Notes: generated from the sequence alone by a model not told the origin. A stretch of 62,689 nucleotides of DNA, filler included, from Vannella sp. (GCA_023345925.1; 4 parts of 4 records of this genome joined end to end with filler, not necessarily neighbours in it), one strand, 5' to 3'. Positions 33,535 to 46,024 are shown, counted from the first letter of the whole stretch. Numbers and translations: made by a program.

Positions 33535-34304
33535 TCAAGAGTTCAATAGTTGGGCTACTGAGATCTTCCCTGTTGTGTTGGTGGGGCGAAGCATCTCCTC
33601 TTTCTTACAATTCTTCCGGTAATTGAGTCCGCATGCATTGCAGAGGCTAGAATTCTGATGAGCATTGACGATCATCGATATAGTAACGTACGAGATCTCT
33701 TTGTTTGGACCCGTTCGCCATTCAGGGGTGTCTGTAGTTCCGCAGTTGGTGCAAAAGCGGCCCTGTGTGCGGGCATGTGCGCGTCTGACCTTCTTGATAG
33801 CCTAGATTTATCACCCAAGGAAGTAAGATTGGCCCCCAGAAGATGGGTAACGAATGGGATGTTGTCGGTGGATGCATCCATCTGGAGATGTTTGACTTAC
33901 CGAGTCAGGACCACGCTTTGGTTTAGCCTCTCTTTGAAGAGCTGGATTGGGTGTCTGATATTTTCCAGTAATGGTTGATCTGGAGGTGCGGTGAGGTCCT
34001 TGTTGGAGGCATCAGCACAGCGTCGTACTCACGTTTCGTTGATGAAGCAAACCTTCCTTGGTATAGAAGGTGGCGGGAAAGGATCTGCTTCAACTTGTTG
34101 TGAAAGCTGAAGGAGGGAAGGTAGGGGTTCGGGTCCAGATGCATGTGCCCCATCAGGGGATGCCACACCTCCAAGAACGGGGTTCAAGTGAAAGTAGTGT
34201 GAAGATAATACCTCTAAGTAAGGCTTTGGCTTTGGTGTTAGTGGTAGTTGTTCGCTGCCTTGCAGTTCAGAAGTGCGCTCTGAAGGGGAGTCTGCGTTCT
34301 GCAT
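33535..34304 (-). CDS. GATA zinc-finger transcription factor (C-x2-C-x18-C-x2-C), 4 exons; not evident in the ORF track
   Basis: Spliced translation RFCTNCGTTDTPEWRTGPNKEIS|LCNACGLNYRK; ends KISVAQLLNS*; start uncertain. Confidence 0.88.
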
Positions 34305-34629
34305 CAGAGAAGTTGTGGAGGTGAATCAGGTAGCTGATGATCTTCTCAAGTTAACCAAGTAGTAAGGAGTGGAGCAGACAGACGTATTGCTTCAACAGCC
34401 CGGTCGGTTGCTCCGCCAGAGAGGAAGAAAAAGATGAACCCTTCAACCCATAATGTATCTGCTCCGATTCCAAACAGGGCCCATCAAACCGGGAGTCCGT
34501 AGTTAGCGGACTAAAATCGTATCTGTTTGAAAATACTCATTTTCGTGTGGTTGTGAGAATTCTGCAAATCTTCCTCGTTCTCGCCCAACAAGCTCGTTGG
34601 TTGGAGGACATTCTGAGAGGTCATTTGGG

Positions 34630-35421
34630 ATGAGCTCAACAAGTGAGACGCTGATCTCACAGAGCCCGTTACCTGAAGGTAACTCGCTGGTAGAGGTATC
34701 CAAGGTGAAGGCCAAGGCAAAGAAGGTTCCTCAAAAGCAGGTTCCAAAGGTGAAGCAACCGAGGGCCTTAGCAGCAGAGGATCGCCAGCTGCAAAAGCTC
34801 TTTTTAGCTGCAGACCTGATCGATGTCAACGTCGAAGGAGATGAAGAGGACGAGGAATGGACGATAGACATGAGCGAGGCAGCCATGGTAGCTCGCCGAC
34901 AAGATGCGCTCAAACAAGGGGTGCTGGGGAACTTGGCTGCTGGAACTATGGAGGAGGATGCTTTGCTTGAACGTATGGATAAGATCGTTCATAAAGAGGG
35001 TGCAACCCTGGCCCAGCGCGTCCAATCCATGCAAGAGCTCCAACAGAAAGAAGCATTTGGGACAAAGAGGATGGCAGAACTGCTCTTCAAGCTGTTCTTT
35101 ACACCTGAAGCGATTTCAGAAAGCCTTGGGAAGTTGATTAGGGACTCAAAAGCGTACATAACCGAGTTCTGTGACACCCAAGAGTCTCAACAAGTTCTCC
35201 TTGGCAACTTGGAGCAACTGACAGTCCGCCACAGCCTCGTAGCCTCCTTCAAAGACACCCTCTTCGCCCTATACGACTCTGATATCCTCGATGAAGACAC
35301 TCTGATCCAGTGGTACGACTTCTCCGCCACAGACTTCATCGAACCAGCCGATCTCGCCATCCTCCACCAAGCCGCCCAACCCTTCATTGAATGGCTCATG
35401 GCTGATTCTGAAGAGGATTAA
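34630..35421 (+). CDS. W2 (eIF5C) domain protein resembling the eIF5 C-terminal half
   Basis: LFALYDSDILDEDTLIQWY and AAQPFIEWLMADSEED (aromatic/acidic boxes); DEEWTIDMSEAAMVARR resembles the eIF5 DWEAR linker. Confidence 0.8.
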   Translation: MSSTSETLISQSPLPEGNSLVEVSKVKAKAKKVPQKQVPKVKQPRALAAEDRQLQKLFLAADLIDVNVEGDEEDEEWTIDMSEAAMVARRQDALKQGVLGNLAAGTMEEDALLERMDKIVHKEGATLAQRVQSMQELQQKEAFGTKRMAELLFKLFFTPEAISESLGKLIRDSKAYITEFCDTQESQQVLLGNLEQLTVRHSLVASFKDTLFALYDSDILDEDTLIQWYDFSATDFIEPADLAILHQAAQPFIEWLMADSEED

Positions 35422-35518
35422 ATAAATAAATGCGGTTGGAGATGATTTGAGTGCGGTTTGAAGAAACCAGTTTTTGCTGGCCTTGTGGGTCTGCTGGGGT
35501 TCTTCGTACTTTGTGGCT

Positions 35519-37427
35519 ATGAGTGGTACGAAGAATGCTGCTTTGTCTTTTTGGAAGCAACAGGAGCAGGAGGCTGCCCCTGCTGGTCCTCAGAGAGCGC
35601 GGTCTGCAACTGCTGGGAGACCGGGTTCGTTTGTTCCCCCTCCTGGTTCTCCTCCGATTCCTATCAAACCTGCCATCTCTTTAAGAGCTCCTCTCGTCGT
35701 TGCCTCGCCTCCGATACCTAGGAAACCTGGAAAAGAAGTGGTCCAACCCGATACTGCCCCTCCCTCCAGTTCTCTGGTAAAGGACCCTCACCCTCAGGCC
35801 TCTCTCAAGAAGAACAAGATGAAGCTTTCTTTCCCCTCTATCTCCTTGCGAGGTTCTCACCGCTCCAAAACCAACACAGATTCCTGCATCATCTCGCCCC
35901 CTGCTTCACCAAGTGCCCCTCGACCATTGGACGACAAGAGCAGCCAGACGAGCTCTCCACTCATTGAAAGATCCAATACGCCGGTGAATGAGTCTGAGAC
36001 TGTTGTGACAAGGCTATCAGACCAGGGAACCCAAAATAGTGAGAATGTGGAGGTCCTTCAGACACCCCATGAGGAACCATCCAGCTCAACAGAAGAAGGT
36101 GCCATCACTCTCGCTCCTTTTGTGTCTGAGGAGCCCAAGGCACCTCCGTTTATGTCAAAAGACCAGCGGTAAGTTCTCCCATCATTCAACAGACACCGAG
36201 AACTGAATGTGTGACAGAGAGAACATCATGTGGGAGCTCTACGATACAGAGAAAGGATATGTCCAAGACCTACATATCATTGTGGACTGTTTCATGAACC
36301 CACTGCGCGAGAGCCACTTGATTACCCCCGAGGAGATCAACAAGATCTTCAGTACGGTCGAGATGCTCCTCCCCTTACATCAAGACCTTCTTGAGCAACT
36401 CTGCAAGTCCCCATCGATTTCTGTTCTACTTCAACGACACTTGGGCAACCAAGATGCTATCCCAGACCCCAACTTCACGGTTGGCCATTGCTTCATCACC
36501 ATGTCACAGTATCTGAAGATGTACAGCCAGTACTGCTCCAACCAAGAGGTAGCTAACAGTACTCTGAACCAGCTCTTCAAGACCAACAAGCCCTTTGAAG
36601 AGAAGGTCTACGAGTTGTCACAGCGACCAGAATGCAGACGGTTGGACCTCCACGCGTACCTGATCAAGCCCATGCAGCGAGTATGCAAGTATCCCTTATT
36701 ACTCCGCGAAGCGTTGGGCCAAACTCCAGAGGATCACGAGGACTATCCTCACCTACAAAAGGCTTTCGGGCTGATCTCTGCCACAGTGGGGTCGATCAAT
36801 GAGAGCAAGCGGATCATGGAAGAGAGCGAGACTCTGCTCGAAATCCAACACCGTATGACCTACCCAAAGAAGTATCCACCAGAAGAGTACCCAATCATTG
36901 CACCAGGACGGAAGTTCCAGGAGAAGGGGCAATGCAACTTTGTCTCGCGCTCATTCAGCACCTCCACTGTCAAATGGTACCTCTTCAATGACCTATTTGT
37001 CCTCACAACGACCCGCTTCCAGCTCAAGAAGTACGTTCTCTTGAACAGCGCACTTCTCGGCCATGTGAAGGTGGAAGGCTTTGACTTTGCCTTTGAGATC
37101 ATCCACGCAGGACAAGACAAGATCTGGCTGGCTTGGAAGAAAGAGGCTCGCTGTGAGCACCTCCGCTCACTCTTACGAGAGAAAGGGATGATTGACCGAG
37201 CAGATGAAGTTCACGTCAACATGCTTCAGGAGTACTCATCCAGACCCATTCCCATCCCCCCTGGCAAGTTCCAGGGAGGAGGAATGCCCATGAACTTTGA
37301 CCAGATCGTAGCAAGAGTAGAAAGCCTCTCCGCTCTCCCTCCCATCCCCGCTCCCGACCAAATGCCAAGGAAAGCTTCCCAATCTTTCGTCATTTCTGGT
37401 CCCTCCGGCTTCCGAAGGGTCGAATAG
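35519..37427 (+). CDS. RhoGEF (DH-PH) with a Pro/Ser-rich N-terminus
   Basis: ELYDTEKGYVQDL, YSQYCSNQ, LHAYLIKPMQRVCKYPLLLRE, WYLFNDLFV; intron 36169-36217. Confidence 0.92.
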
Positions 37428-37462
37428 GGACTCCTAAACTGTATTTTACTGCCATTCTCTCG

Positions 37463-37867
37463 ATGGCAGCTCCAACGGGCCTCACTTTGAAGGTCAAGTC
37501 GTGAGTTTGTCCTTTGGTGGAGGTTTGGGGACTGAGAGGGGTGGAAAGGTGGCATGCAGTGGCAGCGTGGAAGTGGGACGTGGAAGATGATCGGTGTGGT
37601 ATCTGTCGCTTGCCGTTTGACTCCTTCTGTTCGGGTTGTAAAGTGCCAGGAGATGATTGCCCTCTGGGTAGGTTCTCTTCCGCGTCATCGCATGGATTTC
37701 TCAAGGGAAAGATAGTTTGGGGGAAGTGCTCACACACCTTTCATATGCACTGCATCATGCGATGGCTGGAGAAGAACCAAGAATGTTGCATGTGTCGCCG
37801 CCCTTGGGAGTTCCAAGACAAGGACGATCAAACAGAGGCTACGGAGGTCCAAGATGCTCCCCCATGA
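37463..37867 (+). CDS. APC11: Anaphase-promoting complex RING-H2 subunit 11
   Basis: WHAVAAWKWD..CGICRLPFD..C..CKVPGDDCPL|VWGKCSHTFHMHCIMRWL..CCMCRRPW; two short introns. Confidence 0.93.
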
Positions 37868-37961
37868 TCTACACCAACCAATGTACATGTCTCAACAGTC
37901 TTATCTACTTGGGGTGGTGCTTTTGCCTCATCCTCCGAAGCTACGCGTTCTGGGTCCACCA

Positions 37962-38061
37962 NNNNNNNNNNNNNNNNNNNNNNNNNNNNNNNNNNNNNNN
38001 NNNNNTTAATTAATTAANNNNNNNNNNNNNNNNNNNNNNNNNNNNNNNNNNNNNNNNNNNN
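37962..38061. other. Assembly spacer (N-TTAATTAATTAA-N)
   Basis: 100-nt gap with six-frame stop linker. Confidence 0.97.
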
Positions 38062-40064
38062 GCCAAGGGAACGAATAAGGGCTTTGAGCTCCAATGTGGG
38101 GGAATCCAAGTAACTCTCAACCAATTCAATATAAGTTTTGGTTTGCTCTGCGACGGCTATTGCAGGAATACTCCCTTTCCGCTCTTTGGAGGTCTTATTC
38201 CGAGTAAAGGTAACTGAAGAGACGGCGCAAGTAAGATGCCTTGGCGGGACGGGAGAAGCTGTGTTAGAGCGAGAGCGATGAACAATCTTCTCTGCCACTG
38301 TTCCCAATTCAACAACAGGAGCCTCATTGGAACCACCTAAAACAAACAGCTTTGAGTCCCAAGACGCAAGGGCATGGCCAGAACGAGGAGCCAGAGGAAT
38401 ACTCGAAAAGCACTCAAACCACTCGTTTTTCGTCAGCTGGTAAGCCAGCAAGTCACTAAAGACACTTCCAATGGGGCTTGTCCCTCCGTGCAACCAAAGG
38501 GTGCCGCTCTCAAAGACCGCAGCGTGCTGGAAACGAGGAGAGGGTATCGTTCCTGAGGGAGTAAGAGAGGTCCAGGCGCCGGTTTTAAGATCAAATTGCC
38601 ACAAGTCATTGACAATCTCTCCGGTCTGGAGCTTACCCCCAAAGACAAGTACTTTGCTTGCTCCCAAATGTTGGCAAGAAGCAGCAACGTAGTCTGTACG
38701 AGCACATGGGCCGCTTAAGGTGGTCCTGGAGGACCATTCTAAGTGATTGAGATTGAAGGTTTGGACCTCAGTCCAACACAGAGACTCCCCAGCAGCTGTA
38801 AAAAAGACAACTGTGTCATCTGCCACGATAGGTTTCGCTCCGCTCAAATAGAGTGTGAGGGGCATGACTGCCACTGACTTGAGTTCACCAGAATCCAAAG
38901 AGTATGACCAAACTTGGTTGTCTGCACTCTCCTGCTTACTTGCGCCCCCAAAAAAGAAGATTTGTCCGTCGAAAATGATACTGAAAGCCCCTAAAAGCTC
39001 ATCAGAGAGGCCAGAACCCTCTGGAGGGGATAATGTGACTTGGCCCTGTTGAAGATTGACCTTGAGAAGGCCACTACAGGCATTGGGAGAGTCCCTTGAA
39101 GAGACCACTCCCCCGTGTATGTGGACCATGGACTGTGACTGGCAGGAGGAAAAGCTGGAGCGTCGGATGCGGGAAGAAGGGTCGCTCCACTCCTTCGCTT
39201 TGAGGTAGAAGCCGTGAATCCGCGCCTGGCGAGACTTGTCCTCAAGAAGAGTGAATATGGTCGGGTTTGGATGGCTTGGCGTAGCCTTCTTCCCTCCCCA
39301 GTCGAGTAAACTGGTCGTGGCACCGTGGGAAAGGAGACATTCGACGACTTCTGCGAGCCCAGCCTCCACAGCTAAGAAGAGGGGTGTCTTCCCTTCCTCG
39401 TTCAGTGCATTGACGATGGTGGGCTCCTCTTTCACAAGAGCCCGGACCACTTCCACAAAAGAACTGAGAACTGCGAGATGAAGGGCTGTCTGACCCTGTG
39501 CCAAGTGGAAGAGCTAAAGATCGTTAGGAGCTTGTATAGCCCATCATCCCAGGAGCATACCGACTGTGAGCCCCCGCCAACGGAAACCAGTTGAAGCAAA
39601 AATGCCAAGTCTGGAAGACAGGATGATCCCAGCGCTCTCAGAGCCAATTGTAAAGGAGACTCGTGTGTATCCCCTGTCCTGTGAAGTGCTGAAGCTCCCC
39701 TGTATCCCCCTTTGTGAGAAAACGGCCTGAAACTCGTCTCAGGAGCCAGCCAACCCTTTGATAAGCAACTGGGCCACGTTAAAGAAGCCCCCAGCGCAAG
39801 CCAGATGAAGAGGTGTCCATCCTATCAGTCCATCAGAAGGGAAGAAGAGCCAACCCGGGACAAAAGCATACCAGAGAGGGTAAGTGCATCCACCTTTGGC
39901 GCTTGCGACAGGATCAAGCGGGCGATACGAAGGTTGTTCGATGCTGCAGCGACATGCAACGCTGTGCGTCCCTCTTCATCACGCTCGTCCACCTGCAAGG
40001 AGGGATCCTCCAACCAAAGGCGTACTTCCGGCACCTGGTTCGCGGAGACCCACTGGTGGATCAT
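38062..40064 (-). CDS. Ankyrin-repeat plus Kelch-repeat protein, 3' end truncated by the gap
   Basis: DEEGRTALHVAA, GWTPLHLAC, GQTALHLAV, EEGKTPLFLAV ankyrin repeats; Kelch motifs FFFGG, VLVFGG..NDLWQFD, PSPRFQHAA..LHGG, PRSGHAL..LFVLGG. Confidence 0.88.
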
Positions 40065-40124
40065 CCGCTGTACAAATGAACCAGTTCGAACGAGTTTATA
40101 GCCTGCTGGGAGGTCAGCTTGCGC

Positions 40125-41400
40125 TTACTCAGCATCTTCGGAGAGTTTGGCTTTCTTGGAGTCGCTCTCGTCGGCGTCTCCCTCTGGTTGAGGCCGTTTG
40201 CGCTTGAAGGCTTTCATGCGAGCGAGAGTGAGCGTAGTGAGGTCCTGGCGCTCCATGTGGACTGTGCCGAGCTTGTCACCGAAGAGGTTGGTGTCCTTGT
40301 TCTTAATCTTCTTGGGCTGCAACTGAGGAGGCAAGCGGAGAGCCTCCTTTCGGAGATCACTGGAAGCAAGCTTGGTGCGGCCCATCTTGCAGTCGAACGA
40401 GGGACCCACTTCCACCAGTTCCACACGGGGCACTCGAGTGCCTGACTTGAGTAACTTCACTGCGTAGTGACGGAAGAGGATCGTTCCATCGAGAGTGCTG
40501 CATACCACGACTCTATCTAGTCCACTGAGGTCCACCTTGTTCACCTCGTGCAGGCGGAATACGTCTTTTGGGGGGTAAGCATAGAACAGTGGGCGATCGG
40601 GGCACTACCTACCGACAAAGAGGTTGGCGACGGCCTTGTATTCCTCCTGACTCTCAAACTCTTGTCCTTGAAAGACGATCGCGGGCTTAGAGCCCATCAT
40701 TGGGAGGTTCTGCGAGGAGGGGTCAGGTTCTCGCGCTTCCACAACCAAGGAAGAGCAGGAATAATCCAGATAATCCGCGGTAGAGAAGGTGGTGATCCTC
40801 ACCTTCACCTCTCCAAAGGAGGAGAAGCCTTTGAAGTTGCTGACTGTCAACTCGACCATGTCCAACAAGTGATAGTTAAACAGTCTTCCCAGAATGATTG
40901 TGTTGGGTCTCTGTAGATCGTCAGTTAGATGAGGAGGTCGTATGAGAAGGGTGGTCGAAAGGGGGCGGGCGAAGCATTGATCAAGCCTCTGATCAGATCG
41001 CCCCCAAGCCCCCTCCGTTCCTGGGTATGCATACCTTCTTCGTGTGAGAGCTGATAACAAACTGAGAAGCATCGTTCTTCTGCGCAAAGAACTCAATGCT
41101 TGTGTCATCCTCGAATGGGCGGATTTGATTCTTTCGCTGATACTTGACTGAGTAAGGCTTCTTCAGGCTACACTATTGATAGGAACACCCAGCGGTTAGG
41201 TTTCTCACTGTTGTAACAACTCCCCTCCGAAGGGGACCTACCAGATCATTCAACAGCTCGTTCAAGATCTCAGAAGACTTTGGGCCTTTGATGAACATGC
41301 ACTTCTTAGAGTTTTCTACCACCTTGGGTTCCTTGGCCTCCTTTCTTCGGATAGCCTTCTTGCTTACACCAGTAGCTGTCGCTTGAGGAGGGGCAGCCAT
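40125..41400 (-). CDS. RPF2: Ribosome production factor 2 (Brix domain), multi-exon
   Basis: EPKVVENSKK, RPFED..EFFAQKNDASQF..SHTKKRPNTIILGRLFNYHLLDMVEL, SGTRVPRVELVEVGPSFD. Confidence 0.92.
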
Positions 41401-41509
41401 TGCAGCAAGGAACGAAACAAATGCTTGATATTCCCCCCCTTCTCACCACCAAAAAATTCGATCAAATGGCTTGCATGGATGAATACTTATTTATGGGGGG
41501 TGGAGTTAG

Positions 41510-42393
41510 TTACGGGGTTGATGGGTAGGGTTTAGGGTTTAGGAGTTTGGAAGATCCTGGAAAGCTGTTTCGTATCACGAGGGCCATGTTGACGAATGAG
41601 GTGATGAACCAATACTTCCAATCCATGAAGTAGAGGTTCCACTCAAACCTCCAGGCAGCTCCATCGGACGTATCAGAAGCCTGAGCGTAGGCGCTGCGGG
41701 CCATCACATTGAATCGATTCACAGAGTTGCCAAGTTCGCCATTGAGTGCTCGTGTAATGAACATGGACCGCAAGATGAGGTGGATTTCAGAGGGTAGGGA
41801 CGTCATCATCTCCATCCATTGAATCTATAGTGAAAGTGAGTGCCAAGTCAGTAATGATGTGAAAGGAAGGTTACCCTATTCTTGTGCTGATCCTGCATGA
41901 CCTTGACGAATGGGTCTAACGTCTTCTCATCCTCCATTTCGTCTAACCTTTTGGCCATTTCTCCCATTTGGTCTGGAGTCATCTGAATACCATCGTAGTT
42001 CTGCATCATCATGAGACTGGCAAACAGCCGGTGGTGCTTAACACCCCATTCATCACAGATCTCCTTAACAATGTCATCGTCTCCAAGGACAACATGTTTC
42101 CAGAAGGTCGCAAACTGGATACGAAAAGCTTCTGGAATCTCCGCGTACAGCCCATGGTCGAGTATTACCACCTGAAAGTCCTTCAGAGAATCAGGATTAG
42201 CTCGTAGAAAGACATTTCCGGGATGAGGATCGGCGTGGACGAAGCCATGTTTGAATATTTGGTCTGATAAAGCTCCCAATACTGCAGAAGTGACCTTCGA
42301 CTGGTCCCAGCCGTGCGCGATTGTCTTCGGGCGGTCATTAATCTTGAAGCCCGTTATAAACTCCATCGTCAGTATATCGTCCGTCACCAGGTG
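41510..42393 (-). CDS. ABC1/UbiB/ADCK atypical kinase (ADCK1-like), 5' end lost at the gap
   Basis: ILTMEFITG, GFVHADPHPGNV, ILDHGLY motifs. Confidence 0.88.
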
Positions 42394-42493
42394 NNNNNNN
42401 NNNNNNNNNNNNNNNNNNNNNNNNNNNNNNNNNNNNNTTAATTAATTAANNNNNNNNNNNNNNNNNNNNNNNNNNNNNNNNNNNNNNNNNNNN
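42394..42493. other. Assembly spacer (N-TTAATTAATTAA-N)
   Basis: 100-nt gap with six-frame stop linker. Confidence 0.97.
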
Positions 42494-43609
42494 GTCGAAT
42501 GCTAAAGCAAAGGTGTAGACGCAGTCATACGCATGAGGAGCAAACAGGTTGATCGATCGCTTCCCTGCTCCTGGGTAGACACTCGGATCTCGGCGGCTCC
42601 AATCGTCCAGGAACAGGTCATACAAGGTGCCTTTACCCCCACTAGGGTTTGTACCAATCATACCACGCGATGCATTCCGCAAATCGTAGTCTATCGCGTT
42701 GTTAACACTGAATAGAGACGATTGAGCGCATCCTTCCGAGCAGAGCCAAACGTACGTGGGGCCGATCAGTTCTAACTCAATCGCCTCACGTAGAACCAGT
42801 TGCATGGCAGGTGCTAGCATGAAAGCGAGGAAGACGCGAGACTTGCTGGCGGCTAACTCACCCACCTGACGGGAGACGTCGCTGCGGTTCTTGGGTTGGG
42901 AGGTTATCTGCTGGTAGTCCTTCACAGTGAATCCAGGTCTCAAGCTAGCACCAGCTTGCCGAAACGCTTCTATTCCACCAACTCCGTACTGGTCAGAGGT
43001 TGAAATCGCGCTTATGAGACGCGATTGATTGCCCCATCCGTATCTTGCGACCAGCCGGGCTAGTGCCTCTCCTTGGGCCTGGTCTGGTGGAACCATTCGC
43101 CCAAAGAAGGGGTATAAGCTCTTCTGGCTGAGAGATGAAGCAGAAGCCGAGTAAGCCAGCTGTGGAGTGCGAAAGATGCCCGCGGATAAGGCGACTGCTG
43201 TTGTTTCTGCCGAGTTGGTGCCTCCAACCACAGCAATAGAACCAAGGTCCTTCCCTGAGAGGTATCCTCGAAGAGCTACCTAGTGCACGTGTCAGGTGAT
43301 CCAGGAGCGAAAGAGAAAGGGACGTACAGCCTCTGAAAATGTGGTGTTGTAGGAAAGCATCACCAATTCCGTGTTGGGGAGGATGCTAGGGTTCTTGTTG
43401 ATGTTCTCCACGGCTATGCGAGCTGCAGCCTCCCTCTCTGGGCCAACAGGGAAGCCAGTAGTGGCGAAGAGCCCGGTTATCCTGATGACTTCCGGATCGC
43501 ATCGAACCCAAACGACCACTTTCCCTCACCATTAGCGTCAAGTTCCGCGCTCCTGCCAATGCCTACCTTGAAGCAGAAGCAAGCAGAGCAGCAGCAACGA
43601 CCCGCGCAT
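42494..43609 (-). CDS. Secreted/membrane receptor with a Venus-flytrap (ANF-receptor / class C GPCR-like) extracellular domain, 3' end truncated
   Basis: Signal peptide MRGSLLLLCLLLLQ; AARIAVENINKNPSILPNTEL; QLAYSASASSLSQKSLYPFFGRMVPPDQAQ; AYDCVYTFALA. Confidence 0.85.
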
Positions 43610-43692
43610 CAAAAATGAGATCGACCCCCGAGTTGATGGAAATTGTGTAATTATTATGCACATTCCCAGAATGGTGGCCAATTTGGTGAGGT

Positions 43693-45592
43693 TCACTGGG
43701 GGGAGACGATTGTTGAGCTTTTTCGCTTTAGCAAACTGAATGAAGAGCGTTTGAGAGTGCCCCCAATCTTGCTGCGAGACTTGGAAGAATCGGCGACTGG
43801 CGTGGAAAGGACAGAGGGCTTTTCGTTTGTTTTTGTGCGAGAGATGCGGAGGTTGCTTTTCGGGGCATGTGCATGCGAGGATGTGGGAGACCCCACTTGA
43901 GGCTCAACTTCTGCTTGGTGGAAGTCAGGAGCATTGATAATCTCCCAGAGCATGCTTTTGATCACATCATCAAGAATGGACTCCGCGGTGACGTTCACGG
44001 CAATGTTACCGACAATAGACTCAACCCACAATGCTCTGTCTTCTTCACAAGCTGCTGAGATAATCATACTTGACTTTCCTTGGCGCACTTCAAAGGGAAA
44101 GACTCTCTTCGTCGGGTCTGTAGGCAAGAGCTCCACTAGAGTGTCGTTATTCAATGTCATCAAGTCACTCTTGGGGCCGATTACCCCATCCCCTGTGGCA
44201 TAGAGAGTACCCTTCGTTAAAATGTAAGTTTTGGGCTTGAACTTCTTCAGCGTCTTCGCAGCTTTGTTCAGAACGCCTGTTCGGTCAAGACCGTCCACTT
44301 GGATAGACGTTGACCCATGAGCCTGCCTCATTTCTGATAGGAGGCGCTGCATCAGTAAAGGAATAGAAGTTCTCCCTTCTACGGGAGTGTTCTCTTGAAG
44401 CAAGGATCCGTAAAAGAAGCCGCAACCCAGCTTTGCCGCAAATTCCTCACCCTCACTCTCTCTCACCTGCCAGTGAGAGCGAGGAGTATCTGTTTTGGTC
44501 GCAACCAAAAGGCATGGTAGCTTTGATGCGCCCTTGGCCAGGAGGGCTCGCTCACGAAGTACCATAATCTGCTCAAAACTGGCACGAGAGGTCACACTGT
44601 ACACTAACACCAGTGCCTGGATCTTTGCAAACAGCTAAATGGCGTTAGAGGTCATCTGCTTGGTTGACGCGCACGCATACCTCTGTGGGATACGAGGAGG
44701 CACCGCCAGGAGTGTCCACTAACTGAATGGAGAAGTTCTGCTCTTTCTCACTAAATCTCCACTGTACTGGTGTACAAGTGGGTGTTGTCTTGTAGGCTAA
44801 AAGTGGTTTTCCAGCACTAACTCGGCGAATGAAAGCCGTCTTCCCCACAAAAACGTCACCAATAACAGCCTACAAGGGGGTTTAGCTTCGGCGGAGAGTC
44901 GCAGCCCCCTTACCATGTATCTCTCAGAGATTCTTTGGTTCTGGCTTTCAGCATTGCCGTTGCTTGATGACGAGCGAGCGATGCTCTCAGCAAAGTTCAG
45001 GAGGATTGGGACAATCTCTTCTGGTTCACAAACTTCTGCGAACTCGCAGTGATAGCGCTCAGCAATCCTGCTCCCTTGTGACTTAGATATTTGTCTGCTC
45101 ATGTCTGTAGCTGTATGGAACCCGACGAGGAGAAGAGGAAAGTGATCGACTTCTTTGACACGGAGGATGGCTTCCTGGATGGTATGGAATAGCTCTAAGC
45201 TATCGTATGAAGCGGTGTTGTAAACGAATACACATCCACTCGACATTCGGTACCTCTGCGTGCCATGGTGAGCTCTGGAAGACGGTAAGAGCAAGAGGAG
45301 GGCGATCTCACCACATCTGCTGTGCCCAGGAGGGACTCTTGACCAGCTGATGATGTAACCCGTACGTTAAATTGTTCGCTCCCTATGGTAAGAGGGCGCG
45401 ACATCTTGTATCCTGCAACAGGAGAGCTTTCAGAAGCAAGGAATGCTCGAATCAGAACCTCTTTCCCGCTACTCTCCGCCCCGCTGACATCCTTCTCCCG
45501 TAAGGAGATGACTCTGACAGGCAGTAACCTACAAGTTGGATGTCCTGTGCTGTCCGGAAAGAAGAAAACGATGAAGACTGAAGCTTCTCCAT
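43693..45592 (-). CDS. Tandem Ras-like GTPase domains plus PH domain, multi-exon
   Basis: Domain 1 GAESSGKE..SSAGQE..GCVFVY..PLLLVG; domain 2 GDVFVGKT..DTPGG..LVYSVTSRASF..LVATKTD; PH-like GVLNKAAKTLKKFKPKTYIL..EEDRALWVESI; start approximate. Confidence 0.78.
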
Positions 45593-45700
45593 CACCCGCC
45601 CGCCCGAGACCAATAAGAAATGAGATGATAATCGCCTTATTATTGTGGATTTCAGATTTGTTAGCATTCAAGACATTTCGTTTCCCCCTCGTTGCCGTTC

Positions 45701-46024
45701 ATGCGACTCTCCGTGATGGTGTTTGCTCTTGTGGTTGTCTTTTTCGCGTCCCCTGCCACTGCTCAGTTGTCGTCCCTTCTTGGTTCGGTTTCAGGGCTCT
45801 CCTCTCTTTTGAATCAAGTGACTTCGCTGCTTCCCTCGTCCGAAGCTTTGTCTAGTCTCATTAACAAGGCTTCGTCCATCATTCCATCAAGCCTCGCCTC
45901 GAGCCAACTTGCTTCCAGCGACCTTCCCTCTTCTCTTGGCGCCGTGGCTGATCTCCTCTCTGCAGCACCACTGCCCACTATCACTGGAACCCTTCTGCTC
46001 CTTGCAGCCATCCTTACCCTGTAA
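45701..46024 (+). CDS. Small Ser/Leu-rich secreted, possibly GPI-anchored protein
   Basis: Signal peptide MRLSVMVFALVVVFFASPATA and hydrophobic tail TGTLLLLAAILTL. Confidence 0.7.
   Translation: MRLSVMVFALVVVFFASPATAQLSSLLGSVSGLSSLLNQVTSLLPSSEALSSLINKASSIIPSSLASSQLASSDLPSSLGAVADLLSAAPLPTITGTLLLLAAILTL

Noticed and set aside
38062..40064. Second ankyrin gene checked for micro-exon arrays
   Set aside because: Its hairpin loops are encoded in ordinary exons with a few normal introns, so the arrays are not a general property of ankyrin genes here.
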